Sequence record: PQ182779.1
DNA: 64,000 nt
Reading direction: 5' to 3' (one strand)
Positions 1 through 10,194 of the stretch are shown here, in pieces (within the stretch, counting starts at the first letter, position 1; every line of letters begins with the position of its first letter). The position numbers were made by a program, and so were the translations under genes. The notes beneath the pieces are model-generated. The model saw nothing but the letters and a program-made list of their open reading frames with translations. It was not told the origin of the DNA and ran no database searches.

Positions 1-2
1 TC

Positions 3-683
3 CGTGCTGAATACGTACAACCCTCTCCGGAAGCCGTTGAACGTTGGACAACCCGTGACGGTTTAGATGCCCAGATCACCCGCTATAAAACCCCGGCCTT
101 CAGAAATAAACCAATTTTAATAGACGGTTATTATTTAGGACTGCTCTATTGGGGTGAAGAAGGGTTCCGGTTCTTCGCTGATATCAACGAACTCCCAGCG
201 GGTTTCGATAAGCGGTTTGTTAGCCCGATTAACATGACCTCGCTTTATTACCTGTCCGGGTATCGTGAATGGGGTAAGTTAGCAGGCGTAGTGACTCGTT
301 ACCCTGTTACAGGACAAGGGTCGACTTTCATAGCAAACATTTACTGCAAACCGACTATTGTTTCTAGCGTAAAAGCTGAACTCGGCCACGACTGGCGGAG
401 ACTGGGTGACGATTTCATTTGTTTCGAATTCCCTGATCAAAGCAAATCGGTAGAGTACGTTAACTCTATGGGGATAGGCGTCAGTTATCTCTCTCCATTG
501 GGTGCCGACTTCGATGGCGACCGTTGTACCTTTACAGCGATCTATGCCTCGGATTCTATTGCTGAATACGAAATGCTAAAAGGTCGTAAAGAATGGTTCC
601 TCTCTTCCCGCGGTACTCTCTCTAAGAGCGCGGATGTCGATAACGTACAATTAGTCTTACGTAACATTACTGGTGAAGCTTAA
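3..683 (+). CDS. rpoC: Virion RNA polymerase beta'-like middle subunit (phiKZ gp180 / SPN3US gp240 type), 5'-truncated by the window edge
   Basis: Frame 3 is open from base 3 (RAEYVQPSPEAVERW...) through the listed ATG at 234. It contains the catalytic LSPLGADFDGD motif and lies directly upstream of the beta-like subunit. Confidence 0.93.
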   Translation, partial: RAEYVQPSPEAVERWTTRDGLDAQITRYKTPAFRNKPILIDGYYLGLLYWGEEGFRFFADINELPAGFDKRFVSPINMTSLYYLSGYREWGKLAGVVTRYPVTGQGSTFIANIYCKPTIVSSVKAELGHDWRRLGDDFICFEFPDQSKSVEYVNSMGIGVSYLSPLGADFDGDRCTFTAIYASDSIAEYEMLKGRKEWFLSSRGTLSKSADVDNVQLVLRNITGEA

Positions 684-698
684 AGGAGTTTCTCTGCA

Positions 699-3600
699 AT
701 GAGTAATATTCAATACCAGCAATTTTACATGTCCTACGGGACACGTAATAAAACGCGACTGGCTAACCCAAGAGCGTTCAATGTCGAGAACTTTATTCTC
801 CCTAAGAATAGCATCGTCCATTATCTTCCCAGTAATGCCACTGACTTAGGTCCTGACGAGACGTTCTTCGCAATCCAAAAAGAAAGGCTACGTCCCTACG
901 CCGATAACGTTACGGAAATGACACTCTTTAACGGCAGCCCTCGTCGGAAAGGAGCGTTCAATGTTGCTAACCTAAAACGGACGTGGTTGCAAAAGCGCCG
1001 TGGTTTCCGTCGAGTTACCGATATCGCCAGAGCATTAGACGACCGTAACGCTGCAATTATCGCCAACTATTCGCTCATCCCCATGCAGTGGCGTTACCTG
1101 CCGTTACCGATGGCCCGATTCTGGCGTTTCCAAAACCTGCTCGCTACGTTATACGGACAGGCTAAGTTCTACGCTGAACATTCTGACCGCCATCAGTTTA
1201 TTCTGGTCAATGTCCCGGATGAACTCCCAACGAAGATGCAGTTAAACATTTCAGTTGAGGACGCGGGTATCCCTATCCTCAATGCGTATCAGAATCAGCT
1301 CCGGGCACGTCCCGCTGCTCTCTCGTACGCGGATGTCTTCGATCTCCATATGCCAGGGTTATCGAGTGAGTTACCAGCTGACGTGGCACGAGAGGCGTTT
1401 GATGAATCAGCGCTGGGCTTTGAAAGCGACGACAGTTTCATTGCGGCGTCCGGTGTTTCACTGGAAGAGATGAACCGTATTCGTCTCGGGTATTTCCAGA
1501 ATGACGATGCACTCTTTATTCAAGACCTCTGGCAGTGGCTTGCTGAGAAACGGGAAAACTCGCTGTTGAACATGATCCCGGTTGAGCATTACAGCAAGAT
1601 TAATTTCGTCTTTATGCGAATGGGGAAATTCACGGTTCTGAATCTGGGCCTGCTTCACCAATGGACCAAATCAGAAACTAACCCGAAAGGCGATGCTTAC
1701 GCACAGATCTCCCGATTGATGCTACAGCACATCACTGCGCTGAAATTGTTGACCGGTGTGCAGGAACAGGTCACCATCGAAGAAACTATCCCGGATGAGA
1801 ATACCGGGGAAAGTGAAATCCTCGAGATCACCGGTGACGCGGAAGAAACGGTTGTGGTGGAAACAACGGAAACAGAAACCCAAGAAAACAACCCAGAAGA
1901 ACCCGTCGTTAAAACCACCACAGTCAAAGCGCTCAGGGAAAAGATTAACCAAGGGAAACCCGGTCTTCGTACGCAGTTAGTTGATGCCTTTAAGAGCGTC
2001 ACTGAGGAGATTGAGACCACTGAACCGCCTCGCGCTGTTCGTCTGGTTGCTGCCCCTGATATTGACGCAGAGGTCGTTATCGACCCACCGCAAGAAGCGG
2101 TTCAGGAATCGCCTTTGGTTTCAGGGATTCGAACCCAAGCAGAATCGCTCCTGAGTAAAGGGCTGATTAGCAATGCCGAGTACAAGCGCCATCTTCGTTT
2201 GGCCGAAAGTTACAAGGTTATTCCTTCCCCGTTTAACGAAAGCGTTTCGCTGGAAGACTACCGACAGATCCCGAAAGAAGTCGTCTGGAATTTTGAACCG
2301 AAGGTCATCGAGGATATTACCCACGTCAAAGATAAAAGCATGTTAAAAAGTACCTTGATCGACTTCGATCAAAAGTACGTTAAAGAAGTCATGCAAAAGG
2401 ACGTGATCAATTTAATCCTTAATTTCCAGAAAGCCGGGTTTGCCATTACCGACTTTAAAGTGGAACGCCAAGTCGATGCGTTAAATGACCTTTACGATTA
2501 CACGGTGAAAATCTCGCCGGTTAAAGGCGCGCCTTCTACAGTTCGTTTCCAGTTACCGGTCATCGATAAAAATGGGAAATATAAAATCGGTGGGATTAAA
2601 TACTTCATGCGCAAATTGCGTTTTGATAAACCCATTCGTAAGATCTCTCCATCGACCGTAGCGCTGTCCACGTATTACGGCAAGCTGTTTGTCGACCGCA
2701 GCGATAAACGTCGTTACGATTACGGAGAGTGGCTTAAAGATGCCATGAACCGCGCGGCGTTAACTAACCCACCGATCATGACGGAAATTGTTTACGGTAA
2801 CTCGTTCAAAGATTCCCAACCGGTGCCCAGAACCTATTCGGCTATTGCCAAAGAGGTCATCTCGTTTGAGGCAGTGGGCATACAGTTTATTTTCGACTAC
2901 GAGAACATCAAGAAAAATTTCCCGGATTGGAATGGAACAACGGATATCCCAGTAGGAAAACGCGGGAAAACTACGGTCACTATGGATAAAGAGGGTTACT
3001 TGCGCGCCGGTGCTGACAACCTCGGGCATATCGCAAAACTCCTTGGGGCTAACCCAGATGACCGTCCGAATGAATTGGTGACAATCTCTATCTTAGGACA
3101 AGAGTTCCCGTTAGCCATTGTATTGGCTTATCTGGAAGGCTTCAGTCAGATGGTAGAAGGGTTAGAGATTCAGCCGGAACGGAGAACGAAAGGAGCACGT
3201 GTACAACCTGACCCGAATACCTTCGAGATCGTCTTTGCCGATGAGATCTGGCGTATCCCAAGAAAGACACACCCTGATGTCTTGATCTACGCTTCGTTGC
3301 TTCTGTGGAAAGCTGCCCTGAAAAACTATTCTGTTGCAGAACTGGACAATCGGGACAACTACAACGCACTGCTTTCTGACATGCAGTTATCAGGACGCTA
3401 TCTCTACGAGTTCACTAACCTTAATGCAATCTTTATCGACCCGATCGCAGAAGAGAACCTGGAGATGATGAACGAACCCACCACGTTCATCCCGCTGTTG
3501 AAGAAAGCCGCCTTTTACTTGGCGACCGATGAATACCCGAGTGACCTGAGTTCAGAGGGCTCGTTATTCAAAGGTTACGAACGTATGGCAGGAGCGGTCT

Positions 3601-5186
3601 ACCGTACCTTCTCAGAAGCCGTCCGGAGACAGTCCTCCAGTAACCTCAGTTCAAGGGCGTCTTTGGATTTCCCGCCGTTCGAGGTATTGTCCGCGATACA
3701 GAAAGATCCCTCTGTTTCTCTGGTAGAAGATTCTAACCCTATCCAAAACCTGAAAGAGAAAGAGAACCTGACTTATTCCGGTACCGGTGGACGTGGAAAA
3801 CGCTCCATGACGAGACGTACCCGTGCGTTCCATCCGAGTGATATTGGTATTCGTTCTGAATCCTCGGTGGATAACGGCGACGTTGGGATTAACTGCTTCC
3901 TGTCAGCGAACCCTAACCTCACCAGTTTACGTGGTACAGCACGGACTGAGAAAGACCTGAGTAAAGAGAAAGGGTTTAGTAATATCCTTTCTACTAGCGC
4001 ATTGGTATCACCCTTTGCGACTTATGACGACCCGAAGCGCGTTAACTTTATCGGTATTCAGAGTAGCCACAAAATAAGCAGTGTAGGAGATGACCTCGGT
4101 TATATCCGCACGGGTTACGAGTTAATGATGGCCCACCGTAATGATGATCTTTTCGCTGCCAGCGCAAAAGGTCAGGGCGTGGTAACAGAGAAAGGAAAGA
4201 ATTACGTTGTCGTGAAATACGATGATCCCGCGCTCGGTGAAGACCGTATCGAGATTGGACGTAAGTTCGGTATCGTGACAGGTCATACCGTCCCGCATGA
4301 GATGCGTTGTGATCTGGAAGTCGGTGCGAGCGTGAAGAAGGATACCATTATCGCTTACCATCCGGGGTTCTTTGCGAAAGACTGGCGTGAGCCAGGTCAG
4401 GTCGCGTTCAAGAACGGGATCACCACAAACATCGCGTTGATGGAAAACAACAACACCTTCGAAGACGCCAGTCTGATTTCAGAACGGCTCTCTAAGAAGA
4501 TGGCGACGTTGGTGACGCATACCCGTGTCCTGATGGTGAACTTTAATCAGGCAATCCGTAATTTGGTGAGCGAAGGACAACACGTTGACATCGACGACAC
4601 CCTCGCGTTTATCGAAGACGAAATCTCAGCGAACTTTGATTACTTTGATGCCAGTTCTATGGAAACCTTAGCGCGACTCGGTAACCCAGCCCCTCGTGCA
4701 AAACACGTAGGAACGGTTGAGAAGATTGAGGTGTTCTATTTCGGTGAGAAAGAGGACATGTCGGATTCGGTTCGTAAGGTGGCGGATAAATACGACGCGA
4801 TTCGTGCGAAAAACGTCAAGGTACTCAAGCAAGAAACGAGTCCGACCGGACAGGTCTTCACGCCGAGCCGGATCGACGGTTTGCCGTTAGAGATTGATAT
4901 GATGGCGATTCGTATTTATATCACGCATCAGCGTGGTATGGGGGACGGCGATAAACTGGTGGTGGGTAACCAGAAGAAGTCGGTGGTAAGTGGTGTGTAT
5001 AACGGTATTTGCCGTACACGTAACCCTGTACTGCCTGGCGGAGAACCGTGGGACATCGACCTTCAGTTCTCGTATCGCGCGATCAACGCACGTATCGTAA
5101 ACTCCGCATTACTCCTTGGGATGGGTAACGTTCTTATTGAAAACATTCAGCAGGAGATGCTGAAAGCCTACGATAATGAACAGTAA
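699..5186 (+). CDS. rpoB: Virion RNA polymerase beta-like N-terminal subunit (phiKZ gp178 / SPN3US gp241 type), 1495 aa
   Basis: Beta-subunit motifs DDPKRVNFIGIQSSH (cf. DDANRALMGSNMQRQ), NNTFEDASLISERL and GDGDKLVVGNQKKSVVS (cf. GDKMAGRHGNKGVIS). RBS AAGGAG; size and synteny fit. Confidence 0.93.
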   Translation: MSNIQYQQFYMSYGTRNKTRLANPRAFNVENFILPKNSIVHYLPSNATDLGPDETFFAIQKERLRPYADNVTEMTLFNGSPRRKGAFNVANLKRTWLQKRRGFRRVTDIARALDDRNAAIIANYSLIPMQWRYLPLPMARFWRFQNLLATLYGQAKFYAEHSDRHQFILVNVPDELPTKMQLNISVEDAGIPILNAYQNQLRARPAALSYADVFDLHMPGLSSELPADVAREAFDESALGFESDDSFIAASGVSLEEMNRIRLGYFQNDDALFIQDLWQWLAEKRENSLLNMIPVEHYSKINFVFMRMGKFTVLNLGLLHQWTKSETNPKGDAYAQISRLMLQHITALKLLTGVQEQVTIEETIPDENTGESEILEITGDAEETVVVETTETETQENNPEEPVVKTTTVKALREKINQGKPGLRTQLVDAFKSVTEEIETTEPPRAVRLVAAPDIDAEVVIDPPQEAVQESPLVSGIRTQAESLLSKGLISNAEYKRHLRLAESYKVIPSPFNESVSLEDYRQIPKEVVWNFEPKVIEDITHVKDKSMLKSTLIDFDQKYVKEVMQKDVINLILNFQKAGFAITDFKVERQVDALNDLYDYTVKISPVKGAPSTVRFQLPVIDKNGKYKIGGIKYFMRKLRFDKPIRKISPSTVALSTYYGKLFVDRSDKRRYDYGEWLKDAMNRAALTNPPIMTEIVYGNSFKDSQPVPRTYSAIAKEVISFEAVGIQFIFDYENIKKNFPDWNGTTDIPVGKRGKTTVTMDKEGYLRAGADNLGHIAKLLGANPDDRPNELVTISILGQEFPLAIVLAYLEGFSQMVEGLEIQPERRTKGARVQPDPNTFEIVFADEIWRIPRKTHPDVLIYASLLLWKAALKNYSVAELDNRDNYNALLSDMQLSGRYLYEFTNLNAIFIDPIAEENLEMMNEPTTFIPLLKKAAFYLATDEYPSDLSSEGSLFKGYERMAGAVYRTFSEAVRRQSSSNLSSRASLDFPPFEVLSAIQKDPSVSLVEDSNPIQNLKEKENLTYSGTGGRGKRSMTRRTRAFHPSDIGIRSESSVDNGDVGINCFLSANPNLTSLRGTARTEKDLSKEKGFSNILSTSALVSPFATYDDPKRVNFIGIQSSHKISSVGDDLGYIRTGYELMMAHRNDDLFAASAKGQGVVTEKGKNYVVVKYDDPALGEDRIEIGRKFGIVTGHTVPHEMRCDLEVGASVKKDTIIAYHPGFFAKDWREPGQVAFKNGITTNIALMENNNTFEDASLISERLSKKMATLVTHTRVLMVNFNQAIRNLVSEGQHVDIDDTLAFIEDEISANFDYFDASSMETLARLGNPAPRAKHVGTVEKIEVFYFGEKEDMSDSVRKVADKYDAIRAKNVKVLKQETSPTGQVFTPSRIDGLPLEIDMMAIRIYITHQRGMGDGDKLVVGNQKKSVVSGVYNGICRTRNPVLPGGEPWDIDLQFSYRAINARIVNSALLLGMGNVLIENIQQEMLKAYDNEQ

Positions 5187-5261
5187 CTGACCACAGGGCG
5201 AGAAACGTACTCGCCCTGATTCCCTACTTTTCAAAGCGCTTTGTAAAATAAGGTTAAGAAG

Positions 5262-5453
5262 ATGAATAACGAAGGTTTACAGGAAATTGCGCAGACTAGC
5301 GTCGCCAATATTCTCGAAGTAGGGCGTCGCATTATGCTTGATGCCCGTAGCGAAGACCTCAGAATCCCCGATGGCGCTAACATCGAAGAAGACCTGGCCG
5401 CCGCCATTGGTGCTGCCATCGCCGCGCGTCGTGTTCAAGAGGGGATCGTGTAA
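5262..5453 (+). CDS. Small hypothetical protein (63 aa)
   Basis: Its stop overlaps the next start (TAATG), and it fills the gap in the core operon. Confidence 0.65.
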   Translation: MNNEGLQEIAQTSVANILEVGRRIMLDARSEDLRIPDGANIEEDLAAAIGAAIAARRVQEGIV

Positions 5454-6985
5454 TGTTAAATAAAAAATCTATCGCCTTGGCGAAAACGGTCGTCAGTAAT
5501 GAAGGGCTGTTTCTTTTCCCGCGCACCGGTAGCGTGATGTTTAGTCCGGTGGCCGAATCTTTACCGCTCTTCCAGAGCCATAAGCCGTCCATGGAGAACT
5601 ACGACGCGGTGTTGTTCAACAATGCCCAGCGTACCATTGGGATGGCGGAACCGCACGAAGGAGCGGTGGCCGGTGCAGCAGAGGTAGTCGGCGGAGCGTT
5701 ACTGCGTCAGATCGGGTATGTCCGTAACACCGTTGTTCCGTTGATCAGCGACGTTACCGGGAAGATCCTCGATCGCATGAAGGGTGTGGAACCGAAAGAG
5801 TTCACCATCACTCAATACGACCCGTCGCCGATCATCTACAACCCGTACGTCATCGATACGTTCGGTCAGTACAAACCGAATGCGCCGCTGTTTACCCGAA
5901 TCAAAAATGCCCCGGAAAAAACTGACGTCGATCTGATTGACGGAATGAAGACCGGTGTGAGCGAACTGGACGACGGGTTAGCGGATGCTATTGCGAAATA
6001 CGGCGCCGATACCGTTGTTGCAATCTACAACGTCCTCTTCCGTAACGAGACGGTTGTGCCGGTTTGTCCGGTGACCCGGTTCATTGCTGGTTTAGTACAG
6101 CAGAAAGAAGGCCAGCGTTGTGTTGGTACCTTTACCGATGCGTCAATGACTGATCTGGGTATTATTACCTATTTCCTGATTGACAGCTTTAGCCAAGACC
6201 CGCTGCCGGGTACCGGGTTAACTTTACCGGAATTCAACGCAACGATCAACGCGATGAAACTCCAGTACGGCTACCTGATTCAGAACGGCCTGGGTTGGCT
6301 CAGCGGTTGCAGTCGCCGTGGGCAACTGGTGATTCGCTTCACCGGTAAAAGTCAGATTGCAACGACCTCAGAAGACGCAGAGATCGTTGTATTCGGCCCG
6401 GTCTACCGTCAGGGGCTCAGCCAGGGTTTAACCCCGGAGAGCGTGATTGGTGGCGTTCTAGACCCGAAAGGCGGCCAACGTTTACTGACCCAGTTCCTGT
6501 CCAATAATGAACTGAACCTTAAACGCTGGCAGGCACTCGAAGTGCAACGTCAACGTTATTCGCGCGACACGTTCCTTAAACGCCTATCTAACTGTTTCGT
6601 ACCGGAACTTTCAGCAGCGCTGGGTGAACTGAACGATGACCAACTCCCGGGTGGCTTCAGTAAAGAAGAAGCGATGGCACGGGTGATTGAAGATCTCAAG
6701 TCCGGTAAGTTTTACGTTAACTGGAACATTGACAACGACCCTAACCTGTTCGAGTTAGTCAAACAGAAAGTCTGCCAGCACATCTTCACCTTTATCGATG
6801 CCGAGGACATTATCGACATCGTGGAAACGGAGATGCAAGAGAATCAGGAAGACGGGACTACCGCAGCCTATACCGCCGCGGTACGTTACCTGGCGAAATG
6901 GTTAGTGGCCAACTTTGACGTCCTGAGTTTCAGTGCAGCGGAAAAGATCGGTATCATCGAAGCGGATGATGTTACGGTAGCTTAA
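5453..6985 (+). CDS. Putative virion head structural protein (510 aa)
   Basis: Long ORF with core-gene codon usage between two virion RNAP subunits; function inferred from synteny only. Confidence 0.6.
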   Translation: MLNKKSIALAKTVVSNEGLFLFPRTGSVMFSPVAESLPLFQSHKPSMENYDAVLFNNAQRTIGMAEPHEGAVAGAAEVVGGALLRQIGYVRNTVVPLISDVTGKILDRMKGVEPKEFTITQYDPSPIIYNPYVIDTFGQYKPNAPLFTRIKNAPEKTDVDLIDGMKTGVSELDDGLADAIAKYGADTVVAIYNVLFRNETVVPVCPVTRFIAGLVQQKEGQRCVGTFTDASMTDLGIITYFLIDSFSQDPLPGTGLTLPEFNATINAMKLQYGYLIQNGLGWLSGCSRRGQLVIRFTGKSQIATTSEDAEIVVFGPVYRQGLSQGLTPESVIGGVLDPKGGQRLLTQFLSNNELNLKRWQALEVQRQRYSRDTFLKRLSNCFVPELSAALGELNDDQLPGGFSKEEAMARVIEDLKSGKFYVNWNIDNDPNLFELVKQKVCQHIFTFIDAEDIIDIVETEMQENQEDGTTAAYTAAVRYLAKWLVANFDVLSFSAAEKIGIIEADDVTVA

Positions 6986-6996
6986 AGGAGTCGAGT

Positions 6997-7722
6997 GTGG
7001 ATATCGCTCAGTGGAAACATAAACCTGATGCGATGAAAGCGACGTTACGTGAACTCCCAAACGGCAGTCTGGTCACTACGACCGGCTGCCGGATTGTGAT
7101 CCAAGAGTCCTTTCGCGCAAAACAATTGATCAGTATGGGTAAGCGTATTATGATCATCGGCTTCTTTGCGATCTGTAACGAAGCGGGTGAATACGCAGTT
7201 TCAACCACACCCAGTATGATGGAAATCGCCCCGGCTGAAATTCGTCAGTTAGAGTACCAAGGTCGGAGCTATTACGACTTCCATTTTACTCCTGGTAGTA
7301 CCGTGATCAAAAACTTGAACCTGGTCAAAGACAACACGCTTCTTTATTACCTGTTTGAAGAGATTCTGGCCCGAGGAAGAATTCCGTTCTTCTACAACTA
7401 TATCTCGCTCAGCGGGTTCTTTGAAGAAACGAAAAAATACACCGGAACGCAATTGGTGGCTACCCCGACCATCGGCGAGATGATTATCGCTCAGATTGCG
7501 CGTTTATCGCAAGACCGTAAAGTTCCACTTCGTGAGAAACTCTTCAGCTACAACGAACTCAAAACAACACCGTTCACGTGGATTCCGTTGCGTAACGTAA
7601 TTGATGGTTCGTCCGATACCACGGCGAAGATCTCAGGAAGCTACACTGGCGATGGCTTGGATTCGGCGATTGTGAACCCTAACGAAGTCACGCAGCCGAT
7701 TGAACGACTCTTGAGGGCGTAA
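6997..7722 (+). CDS. rpoC: Virion RNA polymerase beta'-like C-terminal subunit (SPN3US gp244 type)
   Basis: GTG start with AAGGAG RBS. IGEMIIAQIAR resembles HIEVIVRQMLR, and PLRNVIDGSSDTTAKISGSYTGDGLDSAIVN resembles the beta' C-terminal [30 protein letters not shown] block. Confidence 0.72.
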   Translation: MDIAQWKHKPDAMKATLRELPNGSLVTTTGCRIVIQESFRAKQLISMGKRIMIIGFFAICNEAGEYAVSTTPSMMEIAPAEIRQLEYQGRSYYDFHFTPGSTVIKNLNLVKDNTLLYYLFEEILARGRIPFFYNYISLSGFFEETKKYTGTQLVATPTIGEMIIAQIARLSQDRKVPLREKLFSYNELKTTPFTWIPLRNVIDGSSDTTAKISGSYTGDGLDSAIVNPNEVTQPIERLLRA

Positions 7723-7724
7723 GT

Positions 7725-8450
7725 ATGTCACCATTTGAACGGTTAACTGCTTTCGTCCGTAAACAGCAAGAGCACGCCATCGACGCCTTACAGGTCGATA
7801 CGCACCACCGCGTCCTTTATCATATCTCACCTAATCCAAAGATCGACGTTTTCGTTCCGCGTGAAATTCAACGGACGATGGCGGGAGAAGATGAAAGTGT
7901 GAAACGGGTTTGTACCGGAATCACTGTGGTGGATTGTCTGCGAGGATACGGTGTCGCTTTACGGGATTTTCTCGACAGTAAAGCCCACTGCGCGGGTGAT
8001 GACACATGGCTCGGTGGCTATACGATCTACGCCATTGATGTAGAGGGTTCTTTGCGACCAGGGAAATCTATCTGCCCGATGGCAGAGTGGTCAGAAGAAC
8101 GTTGGTTAGTGAACGTCGACCGGGAAGACCAGCCCTACCCAGCGCGGGTCGTCGGGAAGTGTTTTATCGACGAACTTCGTTTGATCAAAGACGACTACCA
8201 GAAAAGTATTGAAACCCGAATCCTCATTGAGGTGACGGGTCCGTCCTTAAAGTTCTCGCCGTTCTTTTCGTTGAAACGCGGGTATTATCAGATGGTGCTC
8301 CCTGCGCTAGAACGGTACAAAGAAGAGCCGTTCGACCAAAGCCAAGTTGAGATGTTCCCGTTATCGAAGACAGAATTCAATGCTGCCAAGGAACGCAAGG
8401 CGGGACTGCTTTCGTATGAGTCGAGTTTCTCTAATATTGTACGATGGTGA
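7725..8450 (+). CDS. Hypothetical protein, candidate ADP-ribosyltransferase-fold virion protein
   Basis: Motif order LYHIS...FVPR...EDESVKRVC...YTIYAID...SEERWLV; C-terminus SYESSFSNIVRW. Confidence 0.45.
   Translation: MSPFERLTAFVRKQQEHAIDALQVDTHHRVLYHISPNPKIDVFVPREIQRTMAGEDESVKRVCTGITVVDCLRGYGVALRDFLDSKAHCAGDDTWLGGYTIYAIDVEGSLRPGKSICPMAEWSEERWLVNVDREDQPYPARVVGKCFIDELRLIKDDYQKSIETRILIEVTGPSLKFSPFFSLKRGYYQMVLPALERYKEEPFDQSQVEMFPLSKTEFNAAKERKAGLLSYESSFSNIVRW
8410..8419 (+). promoter_or_regulatory. Putative late promoter TTTCGTATGA for the prohead protease
   Basis: Same core as the tailspike promoters, about 40 nt before ATG 8455. Confidence 0.55.
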
Positions 8451-8454
8451 AATC

Positions 8455-9201
8455 ATGGGAATGTCATTTGAAGTAACGGCGCTGAAAGGAGTGAACCGGG
8501 TCGGTAACATTAAACGCCTCGATAATAACTACCTGGAAGTTATCCTGGGTGCGTTAGAGTTTGATAACAGCATCGGGGCAGTTTATGACCAGCAGCGTGT
8601 AGAGCGTATCCTCGCTGCAAACGGCTTGTTCCAGAAGCGGATTAACGAAGGGTATTTGCGTGGTGAGTGGGGTCATCCAAAAGAGTATGACTACCCTGAC
8701 TACCGTAAGTTCATTCAGCGTATCCACACGATTGATGAGCGGAACTGGGCGATCCATATCCGTAAAGTTTGGGTAGTACCGAACTTCGTGTTACCGAATG
8801 GTCAGCGCATTTGTGCGATCATGGGTGAAGTCTGTTCCACCGGTGCACGTCGTGATGACTTTGATAAAATCATGGCTAACCCGGACGAGAATCTGGCCTT
8901 CAGTATTCGCAGTATGGCGACCGACAGAGTCGTGGGCGGGAAGGTACGTAAGTACGTTGATAACATCATCACCTGGGATCTCGTTAACGAACCGGGTCTT
9001 TCTGTTGCGAACAAATACATGTCACCGTCTTGCGAATCGGCGTTGGTGGTTCCGGTTCAACCGGCAATCATTCGTAGTATGGCGGAAGATAAAAGTCTGG
9101 TTTCGGTAGAGTCCAGTTTTAAAGGGACGATTGATGCGATTCGTAACTTAGATCGCGCTACCTTACTTTCCGGGAAAAGTGGTCTGGTTGCACGTTGGTA
9201 A
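8455..9201 (+). CDS. Prohead (capsid maturation) serine protease, T4 gp21 / phiKZ gp175 family
   Basis: Motifs LRGEWGHP, AFSIRS and ITWDLVNEPG. The likely start is ATG 8455 (MGMSFEV) after GGTGA, not 8347. Confidence 0.9.
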   Translation: MGMSFEVTALKGVNRVGNIKRLDNNYLEVILGALEFDNSIGAVYDQQRVERILAANGLFQKRINEGYLRGEWGHPKEYDYPDYRKFIQRIHTIDERNWAIHIRKVWVVPNFVLPNGQRICAIMGEVCSTGARRDDFDKIMANPDENLAFSIRSMATDRVVGGKVRKYVDNIITWDLVNEPGLSVANKYMSPSCESALVVPVQPAIIRSMAEDKSLVSVESSFKGTIDAIRNLDRATLLSGKSGLVARW

Positions 9202-9206
9202 ATAGA

Positions 9207-9240
9207 AAAGAGAGGCGTTGGCCTCTCTTTCTTTTATTTT
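9207..9240 (+). terminator. Intrinsic terminator after the protease
   Basis: AAAGAGAGGC-GTTG-GCCTCTCTTT plus a U tract. Confidence 0.8.
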
Positions 9241-9244
9241 CTTA

Positions 9245-9253
9245 GTTTTATGA
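9245..9253 (+). promoter_or_regulatory. Putative late promoter (TTTTATGA)
   Basis: TATG at 9249-9252, just after a terminator. Confidence 0.5.
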
Positions 9254-9310
9254 TAATACTTAAAATCTGATTTAATTTAAGAGACACTTATTACGAAGAG
9301 AGGATTTATC

Positions 9311-9988
9311 ATGCCCACTTCAGTTGGAATTTACGACGACAGTACGCTCCCTGCTATTATCCAGTCGATTGAGTTATTAACTCCTTGGACAAGAACGCCG
9401 AGTGCTTCGGATTTTGCAGGCGAGAATAAACCGTTTAAGCAAGTTCCTATTTTATCTTGGCCAATCAATATGCGAGAAACGGAAGTACGCTCCCGTCTTA
9501 TCAGTCACCTGGGAACTAAATTTTCAGGAATTGACGCCAAGATCAACGCCCTCCCGGATGGATTTGTTCTTAACACGTTGGCAAATCTGGGTTACGGCGT
9601 GACGACTTTGTACCACTATAGTCTCCTTCCCCGACTCGACAACGTTTTTAACCCGAGTATCTACGCGGTGGCACCGCTGTGGGTAGGATACTATTTATTC
9701 GAATCCTTACGTACTGACTACGAAGAGGACACAACCAACGATGGACAATACCGCTATAAGCAGTTGTCTGATCTTATTGATATCGTGGGTTACACGCTTC
9801 GTACTATCATAAGCGAAAATGCACTTGTGAAAGGAAACCATGTCATTGTCTCCGCTACCGTCAATAGCGAAGACCGCAATGTAGTCTACACTGACAACAG
9901 TAATTTGAGTGTTTTCGTCGATCGCGGTGGATCACTCAAAACACTTGCGAGTCAGTGGATAACGAGCAAGAGTAACCCGACTGTCTAA
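9311..9988 (+). CDS. Hypothetical protein (225 aa), probably late
   Basis: RBS GAGAGGA and an upstream TATGA late-promoter motif at 9249. Confidence 0.75.
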   Translation: MPTSVGIYDDSTLPAIIQSIELLTPWTRTPSASDFAGENKPFKQVPILSWPINMRETEVRSRLISHLGTKFSGIDAKINALPDGFVLNTLANLGYGVTTLYHYSLLPRLDNVFNPSIYAVAPLWVGYYLFESLRTDYEEDTTNDGQYRYKQLSDLIDIVGYTLRTIISENALVKGNHVIVSATVNSEDRNVVYTDNSNLSVFVDRGGSLKTLASQWITSKSNPTV

Positions 9989-10026
9989 CGGGCCGGTAAA
10001 GCCCACATGAACAAAAGGTGAACGCT

Positions 10027-10188
10027 ATGGTGAAACGCCCCTGCTATATCGCCAGATTCCCTGGTGACGAACGAATCGAGAAACAACGTGAAGAAGACCG
10101 CCAACGCTTTTTACGGAATGTTTACAAAGAATGCCGGTTTAAAGGAGTAACACTTCCTACGCCGACAAATAAACCGCAGAGACATTAA
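10027..10188 (+). CDS. Small basic hypothetical protein (53 aa, MVKRPCYIARFPGDE...), not in the ORF track
   Basis: ATG 10027 preceded by AAGGTG, TAA at 10186-10188, followed immediately by a hairpin. Confidence 0.55.
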   Translation: MVKRPCYIARFPGDERIEKQREEDRQRFLRNVYKECRFKGVTLPTPTNKPQRH

Positions 10189-10194
10189 CCAAAT

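Noticed and set aside
3-7722. Introns or inteins in the RNA polymerase genes (common in phiKZ-like phages)
   Set aside because: The reading frames are continuous, with no homing endonuclease ORF or intein-like C...HN signature noticed.
8347-8454. Longer track starts (8347, 13338, 25312, 31015, 40741, 46846, 56892, 63379)
   Set aside because: They overlap upstream genes, terminators or promoter motifs. The downstream ATGs have better RBSs and give sensible N-termini.
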